The position numbers and the translations under genes are program-made. A DNA stretch of 59,922 nt, filler included. It is 5 parts of 5 records of this genome, joined end to end, with 100 filler letters (N's around TTAATTAATTAA, not from the genome) between each part and the next. Parts side by side here need not be neighbours in the genome. Positions count along the whole stretch, not along the records: positions 46,862 to 52,348 come from DRR723986_11178; positions 52,449 to 59,922 come from DRR723986_11223; 3 more parts are not named here. One strand, written 5' to 3'. The notes under the pieces were generated by a model. The model had not been told where the DNA came from. It made no database searches and worked only from the letters and a program-made list of their open reading frames with translations. The first letter of the stretch is position 1; every line of letters begins with the position of its first letter. Shown in pieces: positions 50,132 through 58,238 of this stretch.

Positions 50132-50898
50132 TCACGCTACAATCTCTCTCCCCAAAGGAGCAGGAAATCTGGAATTTTCTGCACTCGCGCACCGTTTTTG
50201 CACTCACAGACGTCATATCGGCCTGTTCCAGCCCAAGATGGATAATCGACCAGTTTCTGAACGCCCAGATAGAGCTGGGAAATCTGGCCATTGTTGGCCG
50301 TCTCGGCAACACCCGCCTGATGACCGTGCACTCCCCCAAAGAGGCACAAATCATGTTAGAAGCCACTGCCCCAGAAGATCAGGCTCTCTTGTGGAAATTC
50401 GTTTGCGAGAGAGAGCGGTTTTTACGCCATGAACTTCTTGAGGTCGAAGGCGTGAGTAAAATTGCTGCGCGGCGGTTTTTCCACGCACTTAATGAAACGG
50501 GCTTGATCCGCGAAGTCGGAAAAGCTGAAACCACGCCGCAATACTCAGTCCTGAGTGACCATGATCTGGACCAGAGAGAAATGGCCCAACGCCTGAGTAA
50601 GGAAGGCCGGATCTGGTACGCGATTAGGATTGCCCGCCGCTTCACCCCGCTAGATATTCAGGTTTCGTTAGGCCAAGGCGCAGATCCAATCGCTTTGAAA
50701 GATATTCAAGGATATTGCTCGATGCTGGCCCGTGCGGGGTATCTGGCGGTCTTGAAAAAGGCGCGACCCGGCAAACACGCCGCCCATTACCAGCTCACCA
50801 ACAACACAGGACCTTTGCCCCCCGTTGAAAAACGCATGGCGGTTGTTGTGGACCCCAATGAGGAGCGCATTGTTTACGCGCCGAAAGGTTTACTATGA
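50128..50898 (+). CDS. Mu-like phage hypothetical protein
   Basis: IWYAIRIARRFT, NNTGPLPP, DPN; homolog of 42624-43499; TTG start inferred. Confidence 0.75.
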   Translation: MITLQSLSPKEQEIWNFLHSRTVFALTDVISACSSPRWIIDQFLNAQIELGNLAIVGRLGNTRLMTVHSPKEAQIMLEATAPEDQALLWKFVCERERFLRHELLEVEGVSKIAARRFFHALNETGLIREVGKAETTPQYSVLSDHDLDQREMAQRLSKEGRIWYAIRIARRFTPLDIQVSLGQGADPIALKDIQGYCSMLARAGYLAVLKKARPGKHAAHYQLTNNTGPLPPVEKRMAVVVDPNEERIVYAPKGLL

Positions 50899-51317
50899 GC
50901 CATCGAACCAACATAGCAAAAAGCGGTTGGGGCAACGTGCCCGATTGGATCACAGCGTTGATCTTGGCCTGCGATAAAACCTCTCAAAACAGAGTTTCGA
51001 AACGGCTGGGCATCACAGCCTCTACCGTCAGCCAGGCAATAAGCAACAGCTACAAAGGCCGGATGGATCGGCTCGAAGAGCGGGTGCGCGCCGTCTACAT
51101 CGACATGGATGTTGAATGCCCGGCCCAAGGCACAATCACCGCAGAAGTCTGCATGAGCTGGCGAGATCTATCTGTTGAGCTGCTCTCCACGAGCCCCGCC
51201 CGCGCCCGCATGTTTCGCGCCTGTAACAGATGCCCACGAAATTGGAATAACGACGAGGACGCACAGCGGTTGCTCGAAACCGACCGCCCTAAAAGCTGGA
51301 GCCAGTCTGATGCGTAA
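50895..51317 (+). CDS. Mu-like phage HTH/Cys-rich protein with fused tail
   Basis: Homolog of 42253-42627 with extra tail RLLETDRPKSWSQSDA. Confidence 0.8.
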   Translation: MSHRTNIAKSGWGNVPDWITALILACDKTSQNRVSKRLGITASTVSQAISNSYKGRMDRLEERVRAVYIDMDVECPAQGTITAEVCMSWRDLSVELLSTSPARARMFRACNRCPRNWNNDEDAQRLLETDRPKSWSQSDA

Positions 51318-51555
51318 AACATCCCTCATTTTCAAGGCCGCGCTGGCCGTTGGTTTCGCCGTGCATCTTATGGTGTCCAATCCCGGAGATTGGTTCCTTT
51401 TGGCCGCATACGTCTGGGGGCTCGGTCTTGGATTTCTCTTTTTCGGCCCCGCGTTTGAAGAGCTTCTGGCCCAGCTTGCGCGCATCATACCGTCTTCTCC
51501 GCGCAGGTCATGTTCCGCACCCGTCGCAAACACCAAACTACACCCAAAGGACTAA
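51310..51555 (+). CDS. Small two-TM hypothetical phage protein
   Basis: 81 aa, MRKTSLIFKAALAVGFAVHL...WFLLAAYVWGLGLGFLFFG; start overlaps the upstream stop. Confidence 0.55.
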   Translation: MRKTSLIFKAALAVGFAVHLMVSNPGDWFLLAAYVWGLGLGFLFFGPAFEELLAQLARIIPSSPRRSCSAPVANTKLHPKD

Positions 51556-51559
51556 ACTC

Positions 51560-52222
51560 ATGACCAAGACCCCCAGCCCGCACCAGCCACATGTCATCCC
51601 AAACGGCACCGTCGAGATGAACGGTAAGACCTACATGACCGATGCCAAGGGCAGTCTGGTGCCCAAGGATCTGGTCCGCGCTCAAGACCAGCTCCAGGAC
51701 GAAACCGTGCGCAAGATCGTCGGATATGGCAAAGCAATCAGCGGTCAGGTCGCCCGGTTTAAAGAACACACCTACGCAGACATCGCGGATTTCGAGGCCA
51801 TCCTGGCGCAAGAATACGAGACCACAATTGGCGGTGCCAAGGGCAACAAAACGCTGATGACCTACGATGGCTTATTCAAGGTGCAGGTGCAGGTATCAGA
51901 AGAGCTGAGCTTTGGTCCTGAACTTCAGATCGCGAAAAAACTGGTGGACGAATGCCTAATCGAATGGTCCGCAGAATCCCGCCCCGAGCTTGGCGCTATC
52001 GTTACCCGCGCGTTCAACACTGACAAAGAAGGCCAAATCAACCGCCATGAAATCGTCCGCCTGACCAAGCTGGAGATCAAAGACGAACGCTGGCAGCGTG
52101 GCATGAAAGCCATCAAGGACGCCATGCGCTCAGTCGGGTCGAAATCCTATGTCCGCTGTTATGAGCGCCCTACAAATGACGCCCAGTGGCGGGCCATCAC
52201 CATTGATTTGGCAAAGGCGTGA
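51560..52222 (+). CDS. DUF3164-family phage protein
   Basis: Closely similar to 40737-41414; ATG at 51560 after AAAGGA. Confidence 0.88.
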   Translation: MTKTPSPHQPHVIPNGTVEMNGKTYMTDAKGSLVPKDLVRAQDQLQDETVRKIVGYGKAISGQVARFKEHTYADIADFEAILAQEYETTIGGAKGNKTLMTYDGLFKVQVQVSEELSFGPELQIAKKLVDECLIEWSAESRPELGAIVTRAFNTDKEGQINRHEIVRLTKLEIKDERWQRGMKAIKDAMRSVGSKSYVRCYERPTNDAQWRAITIDLAKA

Positions 52223-52225
52223 ACG

Positions 52226-52348
52226 ATGACGACTGCTCTGATCCGCAAAATCCACGTGGGCTGTCGCCAGCTTGGTCTTGATCAGGACGCGCGGCGGCAC
52301 CTTCAGCTTGTGACCACCGGCAAAGCCTCGCTGACCGATATGACTGAG
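52226..52348 (+). CDS. gemA: GemA N-terminus, cut by gap
   Basis: MTTALIRKIHVGCRQLGLDQDARRHLQLVTTGKASLTDMTE. Confidence 0.8.
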
Positions 52349-52448
52349 NNNNNNNNNNNNNNNNNNNNNNNNNNNNNNNNNNNNNNNNNNNNTTAATTAA
52401 TTAANNNNNNNNNNNNNNNNNNNNNNNNNNNNNNNNNNNNNNNNNNNN
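52349..52448. other. Artificial contig linker
   Basis: N-run, TTAATTAATTAA, N-run. Confidence 0.98.
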
Positions 52449-52449
52449 C

Positions 52450-52878
52450 ATGGTGCTGAAGAACTGCGGCCCCAAGGGGTACCCGGGCATGTCGGAAGTC
52501 GGCAATATGGGCTTGCCGCCCAAGGTGCTGAAGAAAGGCATTACCGACATGGTCCGCATTTCGGATGCGCGCATGTCCGGCACGGCTTATGGCACCGTTG
52601 TCCTGCACACCTCTCCGGAGGCTGCTGCCGGAGGTCCTTTGGCTGTTGTGAAAGACGGCGATATGATCGAACTGGATGTTGCGAACCGGACAATCCATCT
52701 CGACATTTCCGAACAGGAATTGTCCGCGCGGCTTGCAGCATGGAAGCCGTCGCACCATGTTCCGGACAGCGGCTACGCCCGCCTGTTCCATGACCACGTT
52801 CAGGGTGCCGACACCGGCGCTGATTTCGACTTCCTGAAAGGCTGCCGCGGTTCCGCCGTGCCGAAGGATTCACATTGA
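52450..52878 (+). CDS. IlvD/Edd-family sugar-acid dehydratase (L-arabinonate dehydratase-like), C-terminal part
   Basis: GPKGYPGMSEVG, ISDARMSGT, GADFDFL, ends KDSH. Confidence 0.88.
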   Translation: MVLKNCGPKGYPGMSEVGNMGLPPKVLKKGITDMVRISDARMSGTAYGTVVLHTSPEAAAGGPLAVVKDGDMIELDVANRTIHLDISEQELSARLAAWKPSHHVPDSGYARLFHDHVQGADTGADFDFLKGCRGSAVPKDSH

Positions 52879-53801
52879 TGGCAGAAAAACTGGCGCTGGT
52901 GGGCATCGGCAAGATTGCCCGCGATCAGCACATTCCGGCAATTGCCGGTAATCCGGACTGGCAGCTGGAGGCGGCGGTCAGCCGTCACGCCGGCGTTGAC
53001 GGGATCGATCACTTCCAGACGATCGACGAGCTTCTGGAAAAGCGGCCGGACATCACCACGGTCTCGCTCGCCATTCCACCGCAGCCTCGGTTCGAGTATG
53101 CGGCCAAGGCCTTGAAGGCCGGCAAGCATGTGATGCTGGAAAAGCCGCCGGGTCAGAGCCTTGCCGAATGCTATGCGCTGGAGGCACTTGCAAGGGAACA
53201 CGGGGTGACGTTATTCGCCACCTGGCACTCCCGCTATGCAGATAGCGTACCGGCGCTGAAGGCATTCCTTGCCGAACGCACGTTGAAACGGCTCAAGATC
53301 ACCTGGAAGGAAGACGTTCGCCGTTGGCATCCCGGCCAGGAATGGATCTGGGAGCCGGGTGGCATGGGGGTCTTCGACCCAGGTATCAATGCGCTCTCGA
53401 TCCTGACCGAGGTTCTTTCTTATCCGGTTCACCTCACCGGTGCGACGCTGGAGTTTCCGGAAAACCGGGCAACGCCGATTGCCGCCGGACTGACCTTCGC
53501 AGATCCGGTTGGCGCGGAAATGTCCGCCGATTTCGACTGGCGTCAGGAAGGGCCCCAGACATGGGACATCGACGTTGAAACTGACCGGGGCGCCGCAAAG
53601 CTGTCACTTGGCGGTGAGAAGCTGGAAATCGACGGTGAGCCCGTTATACAGGGGGCGAACCATGAATATGCCAACCTCTACGTCCGTATGGCGGATCTGG
53701 TGAAATCGGGCACGAGCGACGTCGATCTCTCGCCGATGATCCATGTGTGCGACGCCTTTTCTCTTGGGCGGCGCGTCATCACTGATCCGTTCGAATTCTG
53801 A
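52878..53801 (+). CDS. Gfo/Idh/MocA oxidoreductase (galactose/arabinose 1-dehydrogenase-like)
   Basis: GIGKIARDQH, LEKPP, WHPGQEWIW, DPGINALS. Confidence 0.88.
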   Translation: MAEKLALVGIGKIARDQHIPAIAGNPDWQLEAAVSRHAGVDGIDHFQTIDELLEKRPDITTVSLAIPPQPRFEYAAKALKAGKHVMLEKPPGQSLAECYALEALAREHGVTLFATWHSRYADSVPALKAFLAERTLKRLKITWKEDVRRWHPGQEWIWEPGGMGVFDPGINALSILTEVLSYPVHLTGATLEFPENRATPIAAGLTFADPVGAEMSADFDWRQEGPQTWDIDVETDRGAAKLSLGGEKLEIDGEPVIQGANHEYANLYVRMADLVKSGTSDVDLSPMIHVCDAFSLGRRVITDPFEF

Positions 53802-53828
53802 TCCATCTTCAAAACCAGAAGGTTTGAC

Positions 53829-55337
53829 ATGACTTTTATGCCTCACGGAAAGCAGCTTGTTGCAGGGCAATGGGTTGCCGGCGATGCAACATTCACCTCC
53901 GAACCGGCGCATGGCGCGTCTCACGCTTTTTCCGTCGGTACTGCCGACCAGGTGGACGCGGCCTGCCGCGCAGCGGAAGAAGCCTTCTGGAGCTATGGCT
54001 ATTCCAGCAGTGAAGAGCGGGCGAAATTCCTCAATGCCATAGCAGACGAGATCGAGGCCCGTGCGGACGCCATCACCGAGATCGGCACTTCCGAAACCGG
54101 TTTGCCGGAAGCACGTCTCCAGGGCGAGCGTGGTCGCACCACCGGCCAGTTGCGCCTGTTTGCTTCGCATATTCTGAAAGGCGATTATCTCGACAAGCGT
54201 CACGACGAAGCCCTGCCGGACCGCCAGCCTCTGCCGCGCCCGGACCTGAAACTGGTCCAGCGCCCGATCGGGCCGGTCGCGGTCTTTGGTGCTTCCAACT
54301 TCCCGCTGGCATTCTCGACCGCCGGCGGTGATACGGCATCGGCTCTGGCTGCAGGCTGCCCCGTGGTCGTCCGTGGCCACCCGGCCCATCCGGGCACCGG
54401 TGAGATTGTCGCCGAGGCGATCGCGGCAGCCATCAAGTCTTGCGGGCTGCATCCTGGTGTCTTCTCCTTCATCCAGGGCAATGGTTTCGAGGTTGGTCAG
54501 GCACTTGTTCAGCACCCGCTGATCACCGCCGTCGGTTTCACTGGCTCCCTGCGTGGCGGCCGTGCCTTGTTCGACATGTGCGCACAGCGCCCGGTGCCGA
54601 TCCCGTTCTTTGGTGAACTTGGTTCGGTCAACCCGATGTTCCTGCTGCCGGCGGCGCTCTCCGCTCGCGGCGAGGCAATTGCAAAGGGCTGGGCCGGATC
54701 GCTGACAATGGGTGCTGGCCAGTTCTGCACCAACCCGGGCGTTATCCTGGTGCTCGAAGGTCCGGATGCGGACGCCTTCGTTGCGACAGCAACAGAAGCC
54801 CTCGGCGGCATTGGCAAGCAGACCATGCTGACAGACGGCATTGCGGCCGCCTACCGGTCCGGTTCCAAGCGGGTTGCCGCTTCCAGCGGTGTCCGCGAAT
54901 TGATCGGCACGTCCTGCGAGACCCGTGAAGCCGCGCCTTACGTCTTCGAGACCACCGGCGACAACTGGCTGGCCAACGAGGAACTGGGCGAAGAAGTCTT
55001 CGGCCCGCTCGGCATCGTGGTCCGCGTGAGGGATGAAGCACAGCTTCTGGAAATCGCCAAGTGCCTGGAAGGCCAGCTCACCTGCACGTTGCAGATGGAT
55101 GCAGGCGACAAGGACCTTGCCCGCAAGCTTATGCCGGTGTTGGAGCGCAAGGCAGGCCGCGTGCTTGCCAACGGCTTCCCGACCGGTGTGGAAGTTGCCG
55201 ACAGCATGGTTCACGGCGGGCCTTACCCGGCATCGACCAACTTCGGCGCCACCTCCGTCGGCACGATGGCTATCCGGCGCTTCCTGCGCCCGGTCTGCTA
55301 CCAGAACCTGCCGGACGACCTGCTGCCGGCCAGCTGA
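53829..55337 (+). CDS. NADP+ aldehyde dehydrogenase (alpha-ketoglutarate semialdehyde dehydrogenase-like)
   Basis: GASNFPLAFSTAGGD, GFTGS, ELGSVNP, GQFCTNPG, EEVFGP. Confidence 0.9.
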   Translation: MTFMPHGKQLVAGQWVAGDATFTSEPAHGASHAFSVGTADQVDAACRAAEEAFWSYGYSSSEERAKFLNAIADEIEARADAITEIGTSETGLPEARLQGERGRTTGQLRLFASHILKGDYLDKRHDEALPDRQPLPRPDLKLVQRPIGPVAVFGASNFPLAFSTAGGDTASALAAGCPVVVRGHPAHPGTGEIVAEAIAAAIKSCGLHPGVFSFIQGNGFEVGQALVQHPLITAVGFTGSLRGGRALFDMCAQRPVPIPFFGELGSVNPMFLLPAALSARGEAIAKGWAGSLTMGAGQFCTNPGVILVLEGPDADAFVATATEALGGIGKQTMLTDGIAAAYRSGSKRVAASSGVRELIGTSCETREAAPYVFETTGDNWLANEELGEEVFGPLGIVVRVRDEAQLLEIAKCLEGQLTCTLQMDAGDKDLARKLMPVLERKAGRVLANGFPTGVEVADSMVHGGPYPASTNFGATSVGTMAIRRFLRPVCYQNLPDDLLPAS

Positions 55338-55361
55338 GCCGGGTGGGCGATCAAATGACGA

Positions 55362-55468
55362 CCTCATCCTGAGGAGGACCTTCAGGTCCGTCTCGAAGGA
55401 TGGGCACCTTGCTCTGAACAAGTGGCCCATCCTTCGAGACGCGCACAAGTGCGCTCCTCAGGATGAGG
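55362..55468. repeat. REP/RIME-like palindromic element
   Basis: Outer arms CCTCATCCTGAGGAG / CTCCTCAGGATGAGG; inner arms CGTCTCGAAGGATGGGC / GCCCATCCTTCGAGACG; T-run follows. Confidence 0.85.
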
Positions 55469-55489
55469 CGTTTTTTCAAGTTTGAAGCC

Positions 55490-56209
55490 TCAGATATTCA
55501 GTTCGATCTTCCGGCCGGCCAGGATGACGGCGACCATGGCGTCATGAGCGGCTTTCGCGTCTCCGGCCTTGATGGCCGTGACGATGGCGCGGTGACGCTC
55601 GACGAACTCGTAGGTTTCCTGGTCGTTGCGCTCGTTGGCCTCGGCAATGAAGAGGGAATAGAGCGCGGCTTGAACGAGATCTCCAAGTGACTGCAGGAAG
55701 CGATTGCCGGAGAGCTTCAGGATCATCTTGTGAAACTCCAGATCGGCCACGGCCACGGCAGCCCTGTCCTTGCCGCTGGCAAGGTTGTCGCAGAGTTTGG
55801 ACAGGGTTACGCATTCCGCATCGGTTGCGCGCTTGGCGGCGCTTCCTGCCGCCGCCGGTTCGAAGATCAGGCGGATCTCGAACAGGTCTTCCAGAAACGG
55901 ACGCTGGTTGTTGAGCGCGGCGTGCCAGCGCAGGACGTCCGGATCGAACATGTTCCATTCGGATGCGGGCCGGACATGGGTTCCAACCTTGGCTTTTGAT
56001 TGGATCAGGCCTTTTGCGATCAGCGTCTTCTTCGCTTCCCGCACCACTGTGCGCGAGACGTCGAACATTTCCGAAATGTCCGGGTCCAGGGGGATCATCG
56101 TTTCCGGCGGATACTCACCTGCAACGATGGCTCTTCCCAGTTGCTCGACAACCTGATCGGTATGGTTTCCGATCTGGCTTCCCAACCCGCCGGTGGCGAC
56201 GAAGGTCAT
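55490..56209 (-). CDS. FadR/GntR-family transcriptional regulator
   Basis: VSRTVVREA, GTHVRP, FCD domain ADLEFH; ATGA-coupled to yjfF. Confidence 0.92.
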   Translation of the reverse strand: MTFVATGGLGSQIGNHTDQVVEQLGRAIVAGEYPPETMIPLDPDISEMFDVSRTVVREAKKTLIAKGLIQSKAKVGTHVRPASEWNMFDPDVLRWHAALNNQRPFLEDLFEIRLIFEPAAAGSAAKRATDAECVTLSKLCDNLASGKDRAAVAVADLEFHKMILKLSGNRFLQSLGDLVQAALYSLFIAEANERNDQETYEFVERHRAIVTAIKAGDAKAAHDAMVAVILAGRKIELNI

Positions 56210-57198
56210 GATTGCGCGGCGAACTCTGTCGCTGGTTTTCTGCGCAGTGTCGTTGCCCAAGTGAGTCCCTTCTGAAGCAAGATGAAGCCGAAGAGCAAAC
56301 CGCCGATCACGATCTTTGTCCACCAGCTCGAAAGCGTTCCGTCGAACACGATAAAGGTTTGTATCAACCCCATGATCAAAATGCCAAAGAATGTGCCTGC
56401 GACAAAACCAGTGCCGCCGGTAAGCAATGTGCCGCCGATCACCACCGCCGCGATGGCGTCGAGTTCGACCCCTACCGTCGCCAGTGAATAGCCGGCGGAC
56501 GTGTAGAGAGAGAAGATGATCCCGGCAAGTCCGGCAAGGCCGCCTGACGTTGCATAGATGCCGATGGTGGTCCTTGCCAGGGGCACGCCCATCAGCCGGG
56601 CCGTCGACAGCCCGCCGCCAAGTGCATAGACATTCTGGCCGAAGCGGGTGCGGTGGGCGACGATGATGCCGACGAGGAAGGTCAGCAGCATGATCATGCC
56701 GGTGAGCCGGAAACGTCCACCGCCCGGAGCCTTCCAGTAAAGCGACTGCAGTGTGTCGTAGAACTCGTGGGTGATCGGCACGCTGTCGGTCGACAGCACA
56801 TAGGCCGCGCCGCGGGCCAGGAACATGCCTGCAAGCGTGACGATGAAGGGCGGCATCTCCAGATAGTGGATCATCGCCCCCATCGCCGCGCCGAAGGAAA
56901 TGGTGATCGCCAGTACCAGGACAAAGGCGACCAGCGGATGGATCGAGGTATCCCTCAGGATCACAGCCAGAAAGACGCCGGTAAAGGCGATCACCGAGCC
57001 GACCGAAAGATCGATGCCCCCCGAAAGGATCACGAAGGTCATGCCGACGGCGGCTATTCCAAGAAAGGCGTTGTCTGTCAGAAGGTTCGCGACGACCCGT
57101 GTCGACAGCATCGCCGGGTATTGCGACGCGCACAGCGTATAGGCCAGCACGAAAGTCGCGATGGTGATCAGAAGCGGCAGATGAGTGGAGCGGATCAT
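56206..57198 (-). CDS. yjfF: Sugar ABC permease YjfF
   Basis: GGIDLSVG, ELDAIAAVVIGGT, LSSWWTKI. Confidence 0.85.
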   Translation of the reverse strand: MIRSTHLPLLITIATFVLAYTLCASQYPAMLSTRVVANLLTDNAFLGIAAVGMTFVILSGGIDLSVGSVIAFTGVFLAVILRDTSIHPLVAFVLVLAITISFGAAMGAMIHYLEMPPFIVTLAGMFLARGAAYVLSTDSVPITHEFYDTLQSLYWKAPGGGRFRLTGMIMLLTFLVGIIVAHRTRFGQNVYALGGGLSTARLMGVPLARTTIGIYATSGGLAGLAGIIFSLYTSAGYSLATVGVELDAIAAVVIGGTLLTGGTGFVAGTFFGILIMGLIQTFIVFDGTLSSWWTKIVIGGLLFGFILLQKGLTWATTLRRKPATEFAAQS

Positions 57199-58238
57199 TG
57201 CGGGCTTTCTTTCGCTTCCTTGATGGGGTCGGACGGCTGGGGCTCCGCGGAAGCCCGCAAGATGTAGAGCGCGTGTTTCACGGTCGGAGACTGGATGACC
57301 AGGATCGCGATGATGATCAGTGCCTTGATGACCAGATTGAATTCAGGCGGCATGCCAGACAGCAGGATCACCGAATTGACCGACTGGATGATCAGGGCTC
57401 CGAGCAGCGACGCCATGATCGAGAAACGCCCGCCAAGCAGCGAGTTGCCACCAATCACCACCGCAAGGATGGCATCAAGTTCGAGCCAGAGACCGGCATT
57501 GTTGGCATCTGCCCCCTTGATATCCGCCGCGACGATAACGCCGGCCAGTGCCGCGCAGACACCGGAAATCAGATAGACCGAGATGATCAGCACGCGGCTG
57601 TTGATGCCCGCAAGGCGCGAAGAGCTCTCGTTGATGCCGATTGCCTCGATCAGCATGCCAAGCGCTGTCTTGCGGACCACTGCCGCAACCGCGAGCCCGA
57701 GCCCGATCCAGATCAGGATCGGGGTCGGAATGCCCAGGATCGTGCCGGCGCCCAGGTGGATGAGGCCAGGATCCAGGAAGGTCAGGATTGTTCCCTCCGT
57801 CACCAGCTGGGCAATACCCCGGCCGGCGACCATCAGCACAAGCGTTGCGACGATCGGCTGAATGCGCAGGACAGCAACCAGCACGCCGTTCCACAGGCCG
57901 CAGATCGCACCGACGGCAAGCGCACCGGTAAGGGCGACGTGCCAGCCATGCCCATCCACGGCAAGGGAAGCGGCAACCGCACCGGCAATCGCCATGACGG
58001 CGCCAACCGACAGATCGATGCCTCTGGTCGCGATGACCAGTGTCATGCCGATACACAGAAGGGCGGTCGGCGCGCCACGATTGAGCACGTCAATCAGATT
58101 GCCGAAGAGGCGCCCGTTCTGGAATTCTATCCGGAAGAAATCCGGGAATACCATGAAGTTCAACATCAGAACGGCAGCCAGGATGATCAGCTGCGGGGTG
58201 ATCCGCCGGAGGGTGTTGTGAACATGTGCGGTCATCAA
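57195..58238 (-). CDS. ytfT: Sugar ABC permease YtfT
   Basis: GIDLSVG, ADANNAGLWLELDAILAVVIGG. Confidence 0.85.
   Translation of the reverse strand: MMTAHVHNTLRRITPQLIILAAVLMLNFMVFPDFFRIEFQNGRLFGNLIDVLNRGAPTALLCIGMTLVIATRGIDLSVGAVMAIAGAVAASLAVDGHGWHVALTGALAVGAICGLWNGVLVAVLRIQPIVATLVLMVAGRGIAQLVTEGTILTFLDPGLIHLGAGTILGIPTPILIWIGLGLAVAAVVRKTALGMLIEAIGINESSSRLAGINSRVLIISVYLISGVCAALAGVIVAADIKGADANNAGLWLELDAILAVVIGGNSLLGGRFSIMASLLGALIIQSVNSVILLSGMPPEFNLVIKALIIIAILVIQSPTVKHALYILRASAEPQPSDPIKEAKESPQ

Larger units (their letters stand above)
46862..52348 (+). mobile_element. Mu-like prophage early region, arm B
   Basis: Same gene order as 40611-46761 in the opposite orientation. Confidence 0.92.

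Noticed and set aside
53604-55448. 614-aa antisense ORF, and similar ones at 12058-13197, 57198-58322 and 58226-59788
   Set aside because: Reverse-strand shadows of well-supported genes.
55490-57133. 547-aa ORF suggesting a long N-terminal extension on FadR
   Set aside because: The extension is an alternative frame over yjfF; the real start is the ATGA-coupled ATG at 56209.
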